A DNA stretch of 64,000 bases. Source: Desulfosoma sp. (GTDB lineage Bacteria > Desulfobacterota > Syntrophobacteria > Syntrophobacterales > DSM-9756). Location of the stretch: contig JBBFKW010000001.1 of the NCBI GenBank assembly GCA_037481835.1, positions 139,503 to 203,502 of the forward strand. Reading direction: 5' to 3'. The position numbers and the translations under genes were made by a program. The notes beneath the pieces are model-generated. The model did not search any database, was not told the DNA's origin, and saw nothing but the letters and a program-made list of their open reading frames with translations. Of the stretch, positions 9,213 through 18,692 are shown in pieces (position 1 is the stretch's first letter; every line of letters starts with the position of its first letter).

Positions 9213-10049
9213 ATGAGAATCGGTTTCATCGGCGGCGGCAACATGGGAGAGGCGCTGGTGCGCGGTTTGATTCACGCCGGGATCGTCCCCCCGGATCACA
9301 TCACGGTCTATGACGTCCTGCAGGACCGCACAGCACACCTCACCCGGACCTACGGCATCCGGGCCGCGGAACGACTCGATGAATGTGCGCTGTCGGCGGA
9401 CACACTCGTTGTCGCCGTAAAGCCCCAAAACGTCCCCGAAGTCTTGGAGGAACTGAGCCGCTCGGCCCCGCACCGGCCGCTCGTCATCAGCATCGCCGCC
9501 GGCGTGCCCGTTGCGCTCCTGGAAGCCGCCCTTCCCCAAGGGACTCCGGTCGTTCGGGTCATGCCCAACACGCCCGCCTTGGTCCTCGCCGGAGCCAGCG
9601 CCTTGGCCCGGGGCCGTTACGCCGACGACACCCACATGGACCGGGCCCTCACGATCTTTCGCGCCGTCGGAGTCGCCCACGAAGTGCCGGAAAAGCTCTT
9701 GGACGCCGTCACGGGCCTTACGGGAAGCGGGCCGGCTTATGTGTTGTGCTTCTTGGAAGCCCTCATCGACGGCGGCGTCCTCATGGGCCTTCCCCGAGCC
9801 ACCGCCGCGGACCTGGTCATCCAAACCGTTCTCGGCACGGCCCTCATGGCCCAGCAGACGGCAAAACATCCGGCAGCGCTTAAAGACATGGTCACGTCCC
9901 CTGGGGGAACCACCATTCACGGGCTGGAAGTGCTGGAATCGCGCGGTTTTCGGGGGGCTGTCATGGCGGCGGTGCGAGCCGCCACGGAGCGGTCCGCGGC
10001 CTTGGGCTCCGCCGCCGCCAAGGAAACGGCCAAGGAAAGCCCGAAGTGA
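9213..10049 (+). CDS. proC: Pyrroline-5-carboxylate reductase
   Basis: IGFIGGGNMG, AVKPQ, SIAAG, RVMPNTP, GSGPAY, VTSPGGTT. Confidence 0.97.
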   Translation: MRIGFIGGGNMGEALVRGLIHAGIVPPDHITVYDVLQDRTAHLTRTYGIRAAERLDECALSADTLVVAVKPQNVPEVLEELSRSAPHRPLVISIAAGVPVALLEAALPQGTPVVRVMPNTPALVLAGASALARGRYADDTHMDRALTIFRAVGVAHEVPEKLLDAVTGLTGSGPAYVLCFLEALIDGGVLMGLPRATAADLVIQTVLGTALMAQQTAKHPAALKDMVTSPGGTTIHGLEVLESRGFRGAVMAAVRAATERSAALGSAAAKETAKESPK

Positions 10050-10180
10050 CCCCCCAAGAAACCCGCGGCCGGCCCCAAGCGACCGGCGGGAACTCTCGAT
10101 GGACGCCGGGCACGCCAAGCCCCGCCCGATGAAGGAGGCCCTGGAAGAGGCGGATGGAGACTCAAGGACAAGGAGGGCGC

Positions 10181-12259
10181 ATGGAGGCTTTTCTCAATCC
10201 CAAGTCGGTGCTGCTCGTGGGCGTGACGCGACGGACGGGCGTCGGCGCTTACAACAATCTGGAAGTGATGCGACGTTACGGCTACCGGGGCCCCGTTTAC
10301 GTGGTTCATCCGTCCGAGACGGAAATTTTCGGGCACCCGACGTATCGCTCCGTGGCCGAGGTGCCCCAGGTGCCGGATCTGGCGGTGGTTTCCGTCGGGC
10401 GGGACCGTGTGGTGCCGGTTGTGGAAGACTGCGTGCGCAAGGGCATCCGAAACGTTGTGGTCATCAGCCAGGGGTTCGCCGATGCCGACGCGGAAGGCCG
10501 AGCGTTGCAGGACAAACTGGTTGCACTCTGCCGCGAAAAAGGCGTCCGCGTGCTTGGGCCCAATACCATGGGCATCTTGAACGCCTTCGACGGTTTCAGC
10601 ACGGCTTTTATCGACATTGCCCGAGACCCGGCTCCTCCGCCCCTCACCCTGGTGGCTCAGTCGGGTGTCCTCCAGGTGGGGATTGAATCGTTCACGGGGC
10701 GGCTGGGCAAAGCCATCGACATCGGCAACGGCTGCGACATCCATTTCGTCGACGCCTTGCGCTACTGCGCCGACGATCCCCAAACGGAGATCATCGTCCT
10801 CCACATGGAAGGCATGCGGGACGGCAGAACCTTTCTGGAAGTGGCCGCATCCATCGCTCCCCAAAAACCCATCGTGGTTTTGAAAACGGGCCGAAGCCGT
10901 GCCGGCGCCCGAGCGGCTCTGTCCCATACCGGCTCTTTGGTCGGTGAAGACGCCGTCTTCGATGCGGCGTTCCAGAAGGCCGGCCTGATACGGGTGCGCA
11001 CCATGGTGGAGCTGCGGGCCGTGTGCAAGGCGTTTCTCCATTTTCGCCCCATGGAAGGACCCAACCTGGCGGTGCTGACGGCTACGGGGGCCTGCGGCAT
11101 CATGACCGCCGATGCCTGCGAAGATTTCGGCCTGCAGCTCGCCCCCTTTCCCGAACAAGCCCGAGGCCTCCTGGAAAATCCCAAAATCGCCTGGCACCGC
11201 CTCGGAAACCCCGTGGACCTGTGGCCTTTGGGCATGGTGGGCGGATCCTTTCCCCATGTGCTGGAAATGGCCGCCGGAGCGCCCCTCGCCAGCGAGGACA
11301 CTCACGCCGTGTTGGCCATTTTTCCGCGCATGGCCTCGCCGCTGCACGACAACTTGCGCTACGAAGCGGTCCTTCGCCGGGTGCAGGAAAAGAACGGCTC
11401 GCGAAAGCCCATCGCCTGTTGGGTATACGGGGACGGCGGCCGAGAAGAGGCCGAACGGCTGGAAGAGATTCCCGGCGTCGCCTGCTTCGCCGGTATCGAT
11501 GAAGCCGTGATGGGCCTGGCCGCCACCTACCGGTTTCATCAACTGAGCCGGCGCGCGGGGGTAAAATCTTTCAGGGCACCGTCGTCGGCTCGAGACAAGA
11601 TCCAGGCCCCGGAGGGCGTGCTCCTCGGGGAGGCGGCATTGGAATGGCTTCGCCGTTATGGCATCCCGACGGCCCCGTCCCTGGTCACCGGCGACCCGGA
11701 AGCGGCCGTCCGGTGGGCCCATCAAACGGGCTTTCCCGTGGTGGCCAAGGTGATCTCCCCTCAGTGGGTCCATAAATCCGATGCGGGCGGCGTCATAACG
11801 GGCATTGACGATCCAGACGCCCTGCGCCGGGCATTCATTGATGTGGTGCGTCGCTTCCGCGCCGCCTGCCCCGACGGGGAACTCACGGGCATCCAGGTTC
11901 AAAAGCAAATGAGCGGCTGGGAAATGCTCCTCGGCATCAAGCGGGACCCCCAGTTCGGGCCCGTGGTGGTGGCGGGAATGGGCGGCATTTACGCCGAGGT
12001 GCTCCAAGACGTGCGCCGGGCCTTGGCGCCTCTGTCTTCCGAGGAAGCCCGGAACATGATCACGTCCCTTCGCCTTTACCCGCTGCTTCAAGGCGTTCGG
12101 GGAGGGCCGCCGGCCCATGTGGAATCCCTCACGGCCGCTCTGGTGCACCTTTCGGAGCTCGCCTGGGACCATCCGGAAGTGGCCGAACTGGACATCAATC
12201 CCATTTTTGCCTTCGCCGAAGGCTGTTGCGCCGTGGACTGCCGCATCATCCTCGGCTAA
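10181..12259 (+). CDS. Acyl-CoA/acetate-CoA ligase, ADP-forming (fused alpha-beta)
   Basis: CoA-binding N-terminus, LGPNTMG, SHTGSL catalytic His, ATP-grasp HKSDAGGV, DPQFGP, ELDINP. Confidence 0.92.
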   Translation: MEAFLNPKSVLLVGVTRRTGVGAYNNLEVMRRYGYRGPVYVVHPSETEIFGHPTYRSVAEVPQVPDLAVVSVGRDRVVPVVEDCVRKGIRNVVVISQGFADADAEGRALQDKLVALCREKGVRVLGPNTMGILNAFDGFSTAFIDIARDPAPPPLTLVAQSGVLQVGIESFTGRLGKAIDIGNGCDIHFVDALRYCADDPQTEIIVLHMEGMRDGRTFLEVAASIAPQKPIVVLKTGRSRAGARAALSHTGSLVGEDAVFDAAFQKAGLIRVRTMVELRAVCKAFLHFRPMEGPNLAVLTATGACGIMTADACEDFGLQLAPFPEQARGLLENPKIAWHRLGNPVDLWPLGMVGGSFPHVLEMAAGAPLASEDTHAVLAIFPRMASPLHDNLRYEAVLRRVQEKNGSRKPIACWVYGDGGREEAERLEEIPGVACFAGIDEAVMGLAATYRFHQLSRRAGVKSFRAPSSARDKIQAPEGVLLGEAALEWLRRYGIPTAPSLVTGDPEAAVRWAHQTGFPVVAKVISPQWVHKSDAGGVITGIDDPDALRRAFIDVVRRFRAACPDGELTGIQVQKQMSGWEMLLGIKRDPQFGPVVVAGMGGIYAEVLQDVRRALAPLSSEEARNMITSLRLYPLLQGVRGGPPAHVESLTAALVHLSELAWDHPEVAELDINPIFAFAEGCCAVDCRIILG

Positions 12260-12333
12260 AATCGGACGAAAGATTCTCAGGCCCCATTTTGGGAAACGGC
12301 TTTTCGCCCTAGGGACAGGGAGCCCGAACCATC

Positions 12334-12783
12334 ATGGTGGAAGCGTCGGAGCTGAGGCAAAGCCCGTTTCTTGCGGACGTCCCGGACGGGGACGTGCAGC
12401 GGCTGGCGGAGTTGGCCGTCTTGGTCCATTTCAGGGAAAGCGAGATGATCTTTCAAGCCGGCACGCCGGCGAAGAACCTTTACTTGCTTAAGTCCGGATC
12501 CGTCCTCTTGAGCTTTCCCACCGGGCGCTCACTTGTCCTCCGCCAACCCGGCCAAGCTCTAGGCTGGTCCAGCCTGGTCAGTCCTTTTCATTATACGGCG
12601 ACGGCCGTATGCCTGACGGATTCGGTTCTCTATCAATTCAGCAATGCGGAACTGTTCAGCCTCTTCCGCATGGACTCAGGCCTGGCCACGCGCATCACAG
12701 CCAAGATCGAATCCGTTATTCGGGAACGGAAGCCTTACCGGATGCCGCGAACCAGCCAAGGAGGAGGGGAGAGCCGATCATGA
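12334..12783 (+). CDS. Stand-alone cyclic-nucleotide-binding domain protein
   Basis: IFQAGTPAKNLYLLKSGSV...GWSSL...YTATAVCLTD; no HTH. Confidence 0.85.
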   Translation: MVEASELRQSPFLADVPDGDVQRLAELAVLVHFRESEMIFQAGTPAKNLYLLKSGSVLLSFPTGRSLVLRQPGQALGWSSLVSPFHYTATAVCLTDSVLYQFSNAELFSLFRMDSGLATRITAKIESVIRERKPYRMPRTSQGGGESRS

Positions 12784-13268
12784 GGGGACTTTCGGCCATC
12801 GCCGCGGCCAATGGATGGTTCATTACCTTTACCGGTTTAGCCATCGTCTTTACGGGCCTTGCGGTCCTCGCCGGCTTCATTGCGAGCCTCGAAAAGCTTC
12901 TCTCCCTTTGGGAGCGGGGGGCGGCGTGGCTGAAGCGCCTTTTGACAAGGCAACCTCCCGGCCCTGCGCCCATCCCCCTCGCTCAGGAAAGCCCGGCCCC
13001 CATGCCTCAGGAGAGCTTTTCACCCCGAGCGGTGTCTCTCAGCGGCGAGACTTTGGAGGTCTATCAGTACTTCCAGTGGCTGACGCGAAGGCAAGGGGAC
13101 GTTTTCAGTCTTTCCCGGCTGCTGGAGCAGGCGGAAAAAAGAGGCATCCCCCGCCCTCATTTCCACTTGAACGAACTCCTGCTTCTCGGCTTGATCGAAG
13201 AACTGCAGGGAGAAGATTGCGGTTTTTACCGCTGGACGCCCGGCGTCACCGTCCAACCCGAAGAGTGA
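12780..13268 (+). CDS. oadG: OadG-family Na+-decarboxylase gamma subunit with extra C-terminal domain
   Basis: N-terminal TM (TGLAIVFTGLAVL), Pro/Ala linker, directly upstream of the beta subunit; ATGA overlap with the previous gene. Confidence 0.7.
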   Translation: MRGLSAIAAANGWFITFTGLAIVFTGLAVLAGFIASLEKLLSLWERGAAWLKRLLTRQPPGPAPIPLAQESPAPMPQESFSPRAVSLSGETLEVYQYFQWLTRRQGDVFSLSRLLEQAEKRGIPRPHFHLNELLLLGLIEELQGEDCGFYRWTPGVTVQPEE

Positions 13269-13357
13269 GGCCCCGGATTTTTCCCTGAACCGAATCCGCC
13301 GGCAAAAACCGGGCCGCCGTGCGCGGTGTGCGATCCGCTCACGAAAGGGAGCCGCCC

Positions 13358-14488
13358 ATGGACATGATCGTCGAGTTTCTCAAAAACACCGGTTTCGGCT
13401 TGGTGGACTATCGCCATTTCATCATGATTGCGGTGGGGATCGGTTTTATTTACCTCGGTATCGCCAAGCACTACGAACCCCTGCTTCTCGTCCCCATCGG
13501 CTTCGGCATTCTCATGGGCAACGTCCCCATCTTCAAGGGGCTGGGGCTCGGCATTTACGAGTCGGGCAGCGTGCTGAACTACCTTTACTTCGGCGTCCGC
13601 CAGGGGATTTATCCGCCGCTTATCTTTCTTGGAATCGGGGCCATGACGGATTTTTCCACCATGCTGGGGCGGCCCAAGCTGATGCTCTTGGGGGCGGCCG
13701 CCCAGTTGGGCATCTTCGTCACCTACCTGGCCGCCTTGGCCTTGGGTTTTCCTGCAAATGAGGCGGCCTCCATCGGGATCATCGGCGGGGCCGACGGTCC
13801 GACGGCGATTTTTCTCACATCCAAGCTGGCTCCTGACCTGGTCGGACCCATCGCCATTGCGGCTTATTCCTACATGGCCTTGGTGCCCGTGATCCAACCG
13901 CCCATCATGTTTCTCCTGACCACGAAGAAGGAACGCCTCATTCGCATGAGCGACCCTCGGCCGGTGAGCAAGCGGGAAAAGATCATCTTCCCCATTGCGG
14001 GCTTTTTACTGTGTTGTTTTCTCGCGCCCGCAGCCTTGCCTCTTCTCGGCATGCTCTTTTTCGGCAATCTCCTCAAAGAATGCCTCGTCGCCGACCGCCT
14101 TGCCCAAACGGCCCGAACGGCCCTTATCGACATCGTCACCATCATCCTGGGCGTCACGGTGGGCGCCTCCACCCAGGCGGACGTCTTTCTCACAGCCAAG
14201 TCCGTGGGGATCTTCTTCCTCGGCGCCGCCTCCTTCATGGCCGCCACGGCCGGCGGCATTCTCTTCGCCAAGCTCATGAACGTCTTCAGTCACGACAAGA
14301 TCAACCCGCTCGTCGGGGCTGCGGGGGTTTCGGCCGTACCCGATTCGGCCCGCGTCGTCCAGATGATCGGCAACCGGGAAGACCCGTCCAATTACCTGCT
14401 CATGCACGCCATGGGCCCGAACATCGCCGGCGTCATTGGATCCGCCGTAGCCGCCGGTGTCCTGTGGTCTTTTTTCATATCGCCTTGA
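13358..14488 (+). CDS. oadB: Sodium-translocating decarboxylase beta subunit
   Basis: EPLLLVPIGFG, GAMTDF, IGIIGGADGPT, AAYSYMALVP, GVSAVP, HAMGPNIAGVIGS. Confidence 0.96.
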   Translation: MDMIVEFLKNTGFGLVDYRHFIMIAVGIGFIYLGIAKHYEPLLLVPIGFGILMGNVPIFKGLGLGIYESGSVLNYLYFGVRQGIYPPLIFLGIGAMTDFSTMLGRPKLMLLGAAAQLGIFVTYLAALALGFPANEAASIGIIGGADGPTAIFLTSKLAPDLVGPIAIAAYSYMALVPVIQPPIMFLLTTKKERLIRMSDPRPVSKREKIIFPIAGFLLCCFLAPAALPLLGMLFFGNLLKECLVADRLAQTARTALIDIVTIILGVTVGASTQADVFLTAKSVGIFFLGAASFMAATAGGILFAKLMNVFSHDKINPLVGAAGVSAVPDSARVVQMIGNREDPSNYLLMHAMGPNIAGVIGSAVAAGVLWSFFISP

Positions 14489-14526
14489 AACGGCTGTCCT
14501 TAACCTGAACGTATGGAGGCTCAACC

Positions 14527-15207
14527 ATGTTGATTCAAGAATGGATGTCCACGCCGGCCATCACCATCGATCCGGACGAACCCATGCCGAAAGCCGTAAA
14601 CCTCATGAAGGAAAAGGGCATTCGGATGCTGCCCGTGCTTAAAAACGGAGAACTGGTCGGGGTCCTCACCGACACTGACATCAAACGGGCTTCCCCGTCC
14701 GATGCGACCCTTTTGGAGGTTCACGAACTGCTCTACCTGCTTTCCCGCATCAAGGTCAAAGAGATCATGAACAAGAAACCCGTGACGATCCCCATGGATT
14801 TCACGGTGGAGGAAGCCGCGGAGAGGCTTCTGGAGCACGGCATTTCAGGCGCTCCCGTCGTGGACGCCTCGGGAAAGGTTCGAGGCGTCATCACCCGGGC
14901 GGACATGTTCAAGGTACTCATTTCCCTCAGCGGGTTGCGGCACCGGGGGGTTCAATTCGCCTTTGAAATCGAGGACCGGCCGGGATCCATCAAGGAACTC
15001 ACGGACCTCATTCGAAGCGCCGGGGGCCGCATCGCCAGCATCCTGGGCTCTTACGACCGGGCTCCCGCCGGATACCGCCATGTCTACATCCGAGCCTACG
15101 ATCTGGACCGATCCAAGCTGGGGGAACTCACGGAAGCTTTGAAGAAGAAAGCCAAAATGCTCTATTTGGTGGACCACAGGGAAAACCGGCGGGAAATTTA
15201 CATTTAG
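14527..15207 (+). CDS. CBS-pair + ACT domain protein (AcuB-like)
   Basis: Two CBS repeats, DIKRASPSDAT, C-terminal EDRPGSIKEL ACT. Confidence 0.88.
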   Translation: MLIQEWMSTPAITIDPDEPMPKAVNLMKEKGIRMLPVLKNGELVGVLTDTDIKRASPSDATLLEVHELLYLLSRIKVKEIMNKKPVTIPMDFTVEEAAERLLEHGISGAPVVDASGKVRGVITRADMFKVLISLSGLRHRGVQFAFEIEDRPGSIKELTDLIRSAGGRIASILGSYDRAPAGYRHVYIRAYDLDRSKLGELTEALKKKAKMLYLVDHRENRREIYI

Positions 15208-15304
15208 AGGCGCCTTCATTCCTTGTGCGGGAGGCGGCGTGCCAGCGTCGGCGGGGGCGGCCGGGGTGCCGCTCCTGCACCGTCCCGAATGCGGTTCTTC
15301 CACT

Positions 15305-16009
15305 TCACAGCCCGAGATAGGCTGTCTTGACCCTTTCGTCTTCCAGGAGAGCCCGACCCGTGCCTTCCATGACGATACGCCCGTTTTCCAGAACATAGGC
15401 CCGATCGCAAATGGCAAGGGTCTGCTTGACGTTTTGTTCCACCATGAGAATCGTCATGCCCTTGTTATGGATTTCTTGGACGAGCCGGAAGATCTCCTGG
15501 GTCAGTCGCGGCGAAAGCCCCAGGGACGGCTCGTCGAACAGGACCATGCGCGGAAGCGACATGAGGCCTCGGGCGATGGCGCACATCTGCTGTTCGCCGC
15601 CGGAAAGGGTCCCCGCCATCTGGTGGCGGCGTTCTTTCAAACGGGGAAACAGTTCAAAGACCCATTCCAGGGTTTCCTTGCGTTTTGCTTTGGCCTCCGG
15701 CTTTAGGGCGCCCATCTCCAGATTTTCCAGAACCGACATTTCCGGAAAAAGCTGCCGACCTTCCGGGATGTGCGACAGGCCGAATTGAATGACTTCGTAG
15801 GGTTGCACCCGGTCCAAGCGCACGTCCCCGAACCGGATGGCGCCGCGTATCGGGCGGATCAGGCCCGAGATGGTTTTCATGAGCGTGGATTTTCCCGCCC
15901 CGTTGGCCCCCACGAGCACGACGAATTCGTTGGCGTCCACGTGAAATGTCACATCCCACAGCACCTGCACGTCGCCGTAGGCGACGTCTAACTGCTCCAC
16001 CTGCAGCAT
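15305..16009 (-). CDS. livF: Branched-chain amino acid ABC transporter ATP-binding protein
   Basis: GANGAGKST, IPEGRQLF, LSGGEQQM, DEPSLGL, VEQN. Confidence 0.94.
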   Translation of the reverse strand: MLQVEQLDVAYGDVQVLWDVTFHVDANEFVVLVGANGAGKSTLMKTISGLIRPIRGAIRFGDVRLDRVQPYEVIQFGLSHIPEGRQLFPEMSVLENLEMGALKPEAKAKRKETLEWVFELFPRLKERRHQMAGTLSGGEQQMCAIARGLMSLPRMVLFDEPSLGLSPRLTQEIFRLVQEIHNKGMTILMVEQNVKQTLAICDRAYVLENGRIVMEGTGRALLEDERVKTAYLGL

Positions 16010-16014
16010 GCCCG

Positions 16015-16734
16015 CTAATCCTTTCCAAGATACGCTTCGATGACGGCGGGGTGGTTGGCCACCTCTTCCGGGCTTCCTTCGGCAATGCGCTGCCCGTAGT
16101 TGATGCACAAGAGCCTGTCGCACAGGCTCATGATGACGCGCATGATGTGTTCCACAATGATGACGGTGATGCCGGAGTCCCGGATCTTGCGGATGAGGGC
16201 GACGCCGTCGGCCTGTTCCTGAGGCGTGAGACCCGCCATGGTTTCGTCCAGAAGGAGAAGTTTCGGCTTGGTGGCCAGGGCTCGAGCGATTTCCAACCGC
16301 TTGCGATGCCCCAGGGGAAGGCCCTTGGCGGAGTCGTCCTTTCTGTCCGCAAGGCCGCAGAATTCCAAAACTTCCATGGCCTTTTCCCGGCTTCGGGCCA
16401 CGGATTCCGTGTGGTTGAACGCCGCTGTCATGACGTTTTCCAAAACCGTCATGCGGCGCAAGGGTTTGACGACCTGAAAGGTGCGGCCGATGCCCAACTT
16501 GCAGATCTTCCACGTGGGCAGCCCGTTCAGGGTGTGTCCTTGAAAGCGGATGTGCCCCGACGTGATGGGATAATAGCCGTTGATCAGGTTGAATACCGTG
16601 GTCTTTCCCGAACCGTTGGGACCGATGAGGCCGAAGATTTCCCCTTCGTTGACGTGGAAGCTGAGTTCGTTCACGGCCCGGAGGCCGCCGAAATCCTTTG
16701 TCAGTGCCTGGGATTCAAAGAATGGCGTGCTCAT
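16015..16734 (-). CDS. livG: Branched-chain amino acid ABC transporter ATP-binding protein
   Basis: FGGLRAV, GPNGSGKTT, GIGRTFQ, LLLLDE, VIEAYLG. Confidence 0.94.
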   Translation of the reverse strand: MSTPFFESQALTKDFGGLRAVNELSFHVNEGEIFGLIGPNGSGKTTVFNLINGYYPITSGHIRFQGHTLNGLPTWKICKLGIGRTFQVVKPLRRMTVLENVMTAAFNHTESVARSREKAMEVLEFCGLADRKDDSAKGLPLGHRKRLEIARALATKPKLLLLDETMAGLTPQEQADGVALIRKIRDSGITVIIVEHIMRVIMSLCDRLLCINYGQRIAEGSPEEVANHPAVIEAYLGKD

Positions 16735-17717
16735 GAACTCTTCCCTGCCGCGGGGGCTCCGCCCCCGGCCTTCGAGGACCAAAGCCTCTGAATCTTGCCC
16801 CAGTCCCCGACAATGCCGTTGGCCAAGTACAGGATGACGAAAATGACCAGCAATCCGAACACCAGGACGTGCAGTTCGCTCACCCACCGGGGCGCCAGCC
16901 CGAAAAAGGAACTGCGGAACGTTTCCTGGAGGAGTACCATGATGAAAGCCCCCAGAGGCGGTCCCCACAGCGTGCCGACGCCTCCGATGATCCCCACGAG
17001 GATGGCCATGATGGAAATATGATGGAGCGAAAAAACCACTTCGGGGTCGATGAACGCCATGTAGTTCATGTAGAAGGCTCCCGCCAGACCCGTGAAGAAG
17101 GCGCTGACGATGAGCGACAGGCTCTTGTAACGGAAGGCGTTGACCCCCATGGATTCCGCCGCATCCTGATCTTCCCGGATGGCGACGAAGTAATAGCCCC
17201 ACTTGGACCGCATGACGGCGTGGATGACGTAGATACACGCCAGCGCCAGAAAGAGGGCCAGATAGTAGTAGGGAAGTTTACTCCGGAAGGTCTGGATGAG
17301 CAGGATGCCTTGCATGCCTCCCGTGAAGCTCCGCCATACCACGGCCACAAGCCGAAAGATCTCCCCGACGGCGATGGTGGCCAGGGCAAAATACGGCCCT
17401 CGCAACCGGAAACACACCCAGCCGATGACAAAGCCGATGAGGGCCGCCATGGGGCCTCCCAGGACCATGCCCCACCAGGCGGAAATCCCCGCCTTGGTCG
17501 CGCACAAGCCCGCCGTGTAGGCGCCGATGCCGAAGAAGATGGCATGGCCGAAGGAGACCTGCCCCGTGTAGCCGGCGAGGAGGTTCCAGGAGGAGCCGAT
17601 GACCACCCACATCAAGGCCAGGATGAACACATGCTGGTAATAATCCGAACGGACCACCAGGGGGAAAAGAAGGGACGCCGCCACGATCGCGGCGACCTGC
17701 CACCGCAGTGCCTTCAT
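16731..17717 (-). CDS. livM: Branched-chain amino acid ABC transporter permease
   Basis: WNLLAGYTGQVSFGH, RLRGPYFALAT, AIREDQDAAESMGVN. Confidence 0.93.
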   Translation of the reverse strand: MKALRWQVAAIVAASLLFPLVVRSDYYQHVFILALMWVVIGSSWNLLAGYTGQVSFGHAIFFGIGAYTAGLCATKAGISAWWGMVLGGPMAALIGFVIGWVCFRLRGPYFALATIAVGEIFRLVAVVWRSFTGGMQGILLIQTFRSKLPYYYLALFLALACIYVIHAVMRSKWGYYFVAIREDQDAAESMGVNAFRYKSLSLIVSAFFTGLAGAFYMNYMAFIDPEVVFSLHHISIMAILVGIIGGVGTLWGPPLGAFIMVLLQETFRSSFFGLAPRWVSELHVLVFGLLVIFVILYLANGIVGDWGKIQRLWSSKAGGGAPAAGKSS

Positions 17718-17734
17718 GCCGCCTCCGTTAGGTT

Positions 17735-18610
17735 CTAGATCTTGGTCAGGCGTTTGAGCCCGCCGGGGAGAAAGATCAGCACTAGAAGAAAGATGACCAT
17801 ACCCACGGCGTCTTTCAGGGCCATGGAGATGTAGGTCGCCCCCAGGGATTCCGAAACCCCCAACACCACCCCGCCCACAATGGCCCCTACGGTGCTCCCC
17901 AGCCCTCCGAGGATCGTGATGACGAAAGCCTTGAGGGTGAAGGCGCCGCCCAAATCGGGAAACAGATAATAAATGGGCAGAAGAAGCGTGCCTGCGGCCG
18001 CCACCAAAGCCGCCCCCAGCCCGTAGGTAAAGATCGTGATGCGTTCCGCGTTCACTCCAAGGAGCAGGGCGGCTTCCTTGTTTTGGGCCGTCGCGCGAAC
18101 CGATTTTCCCACATCCGTTTTCAAAAGGAAGAGAAACAGGCCGATGGTGAGCAGGACGGCGATCCCGAAAGCAATGACCATGGGAAGGTTGAAGGCAATC
18201 GATCCGGCGTAGAGCGACATGGACGTATAAGGCGGCCGAACCGATTTATAGTCCGAGTGGAAAATCATGCGGGCCAGTTCCGTCAGGACCATGCCGATGC
18301 CGACCGTCATGAGCACCTGGTTTTCCGGAAGGATGCTTTCCACTTTGATGAGCGGGTTCAAAAGGTACCGTTGCAGCACCGCCCCGAGGACGAACAGGCA
18401 GGGCATGGTGATGAGCAACGCCGCGTAGGGATCCAGATGCACGTGTTCGTAGAGCACGTAGGTGATGTACATGGCCACCATCATGAGCTGGCCGTGGGCC
18501 AAGTTGATGATTTTCATCACGCCCATGATGAGGGTCATGCCGATGCCGATCAGAGCGTAGATGCCGCCCATGAGGATCCCGGCGACGACGGTTTGTATGA
18601 AAACGGCCAT
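17735..18610 (-). CDS. livH: Branched-chain amino acid ABC transporter permease
   Basis: GVMKIINLAHG, GKSVRATAQN, LKAFVITILGGLGS. Confidence 0.93.
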   Translation of the reverse strand: MAVFIQTVVAGILMGGIYALIGIGMTLIMGVMKIINLAHGQLMMVAMYITYVLYEHVHLDPYAALLITMPCLFVLGAVLQRYLLNPLIKVESILPENQVLMTVGIGMVLTELARMIFHSDYKSVRPPYTSMSLYAGSIAFNLPMVIAFGIAVLLTIGLFLFLLKTDVGKSVRATAQNKEAALLLGVNAERITIFTYGLGAALVAAAGTLLLPIYYLFPDLGGAFTLKAFVITILGGLGSTVGAIVGGVVLGVSESLGATYISMALKDAVGMVIFLLVLIFLPGGLKRLTKI

Positions 18611-18692
18611 TGCGTCTCATCCTTCAGAGGGTGAGCCGATTGTGCGGGGCACGGGGACGCGGAGCGCCCGGGGGCGCTCCGCAGGTTGCACC

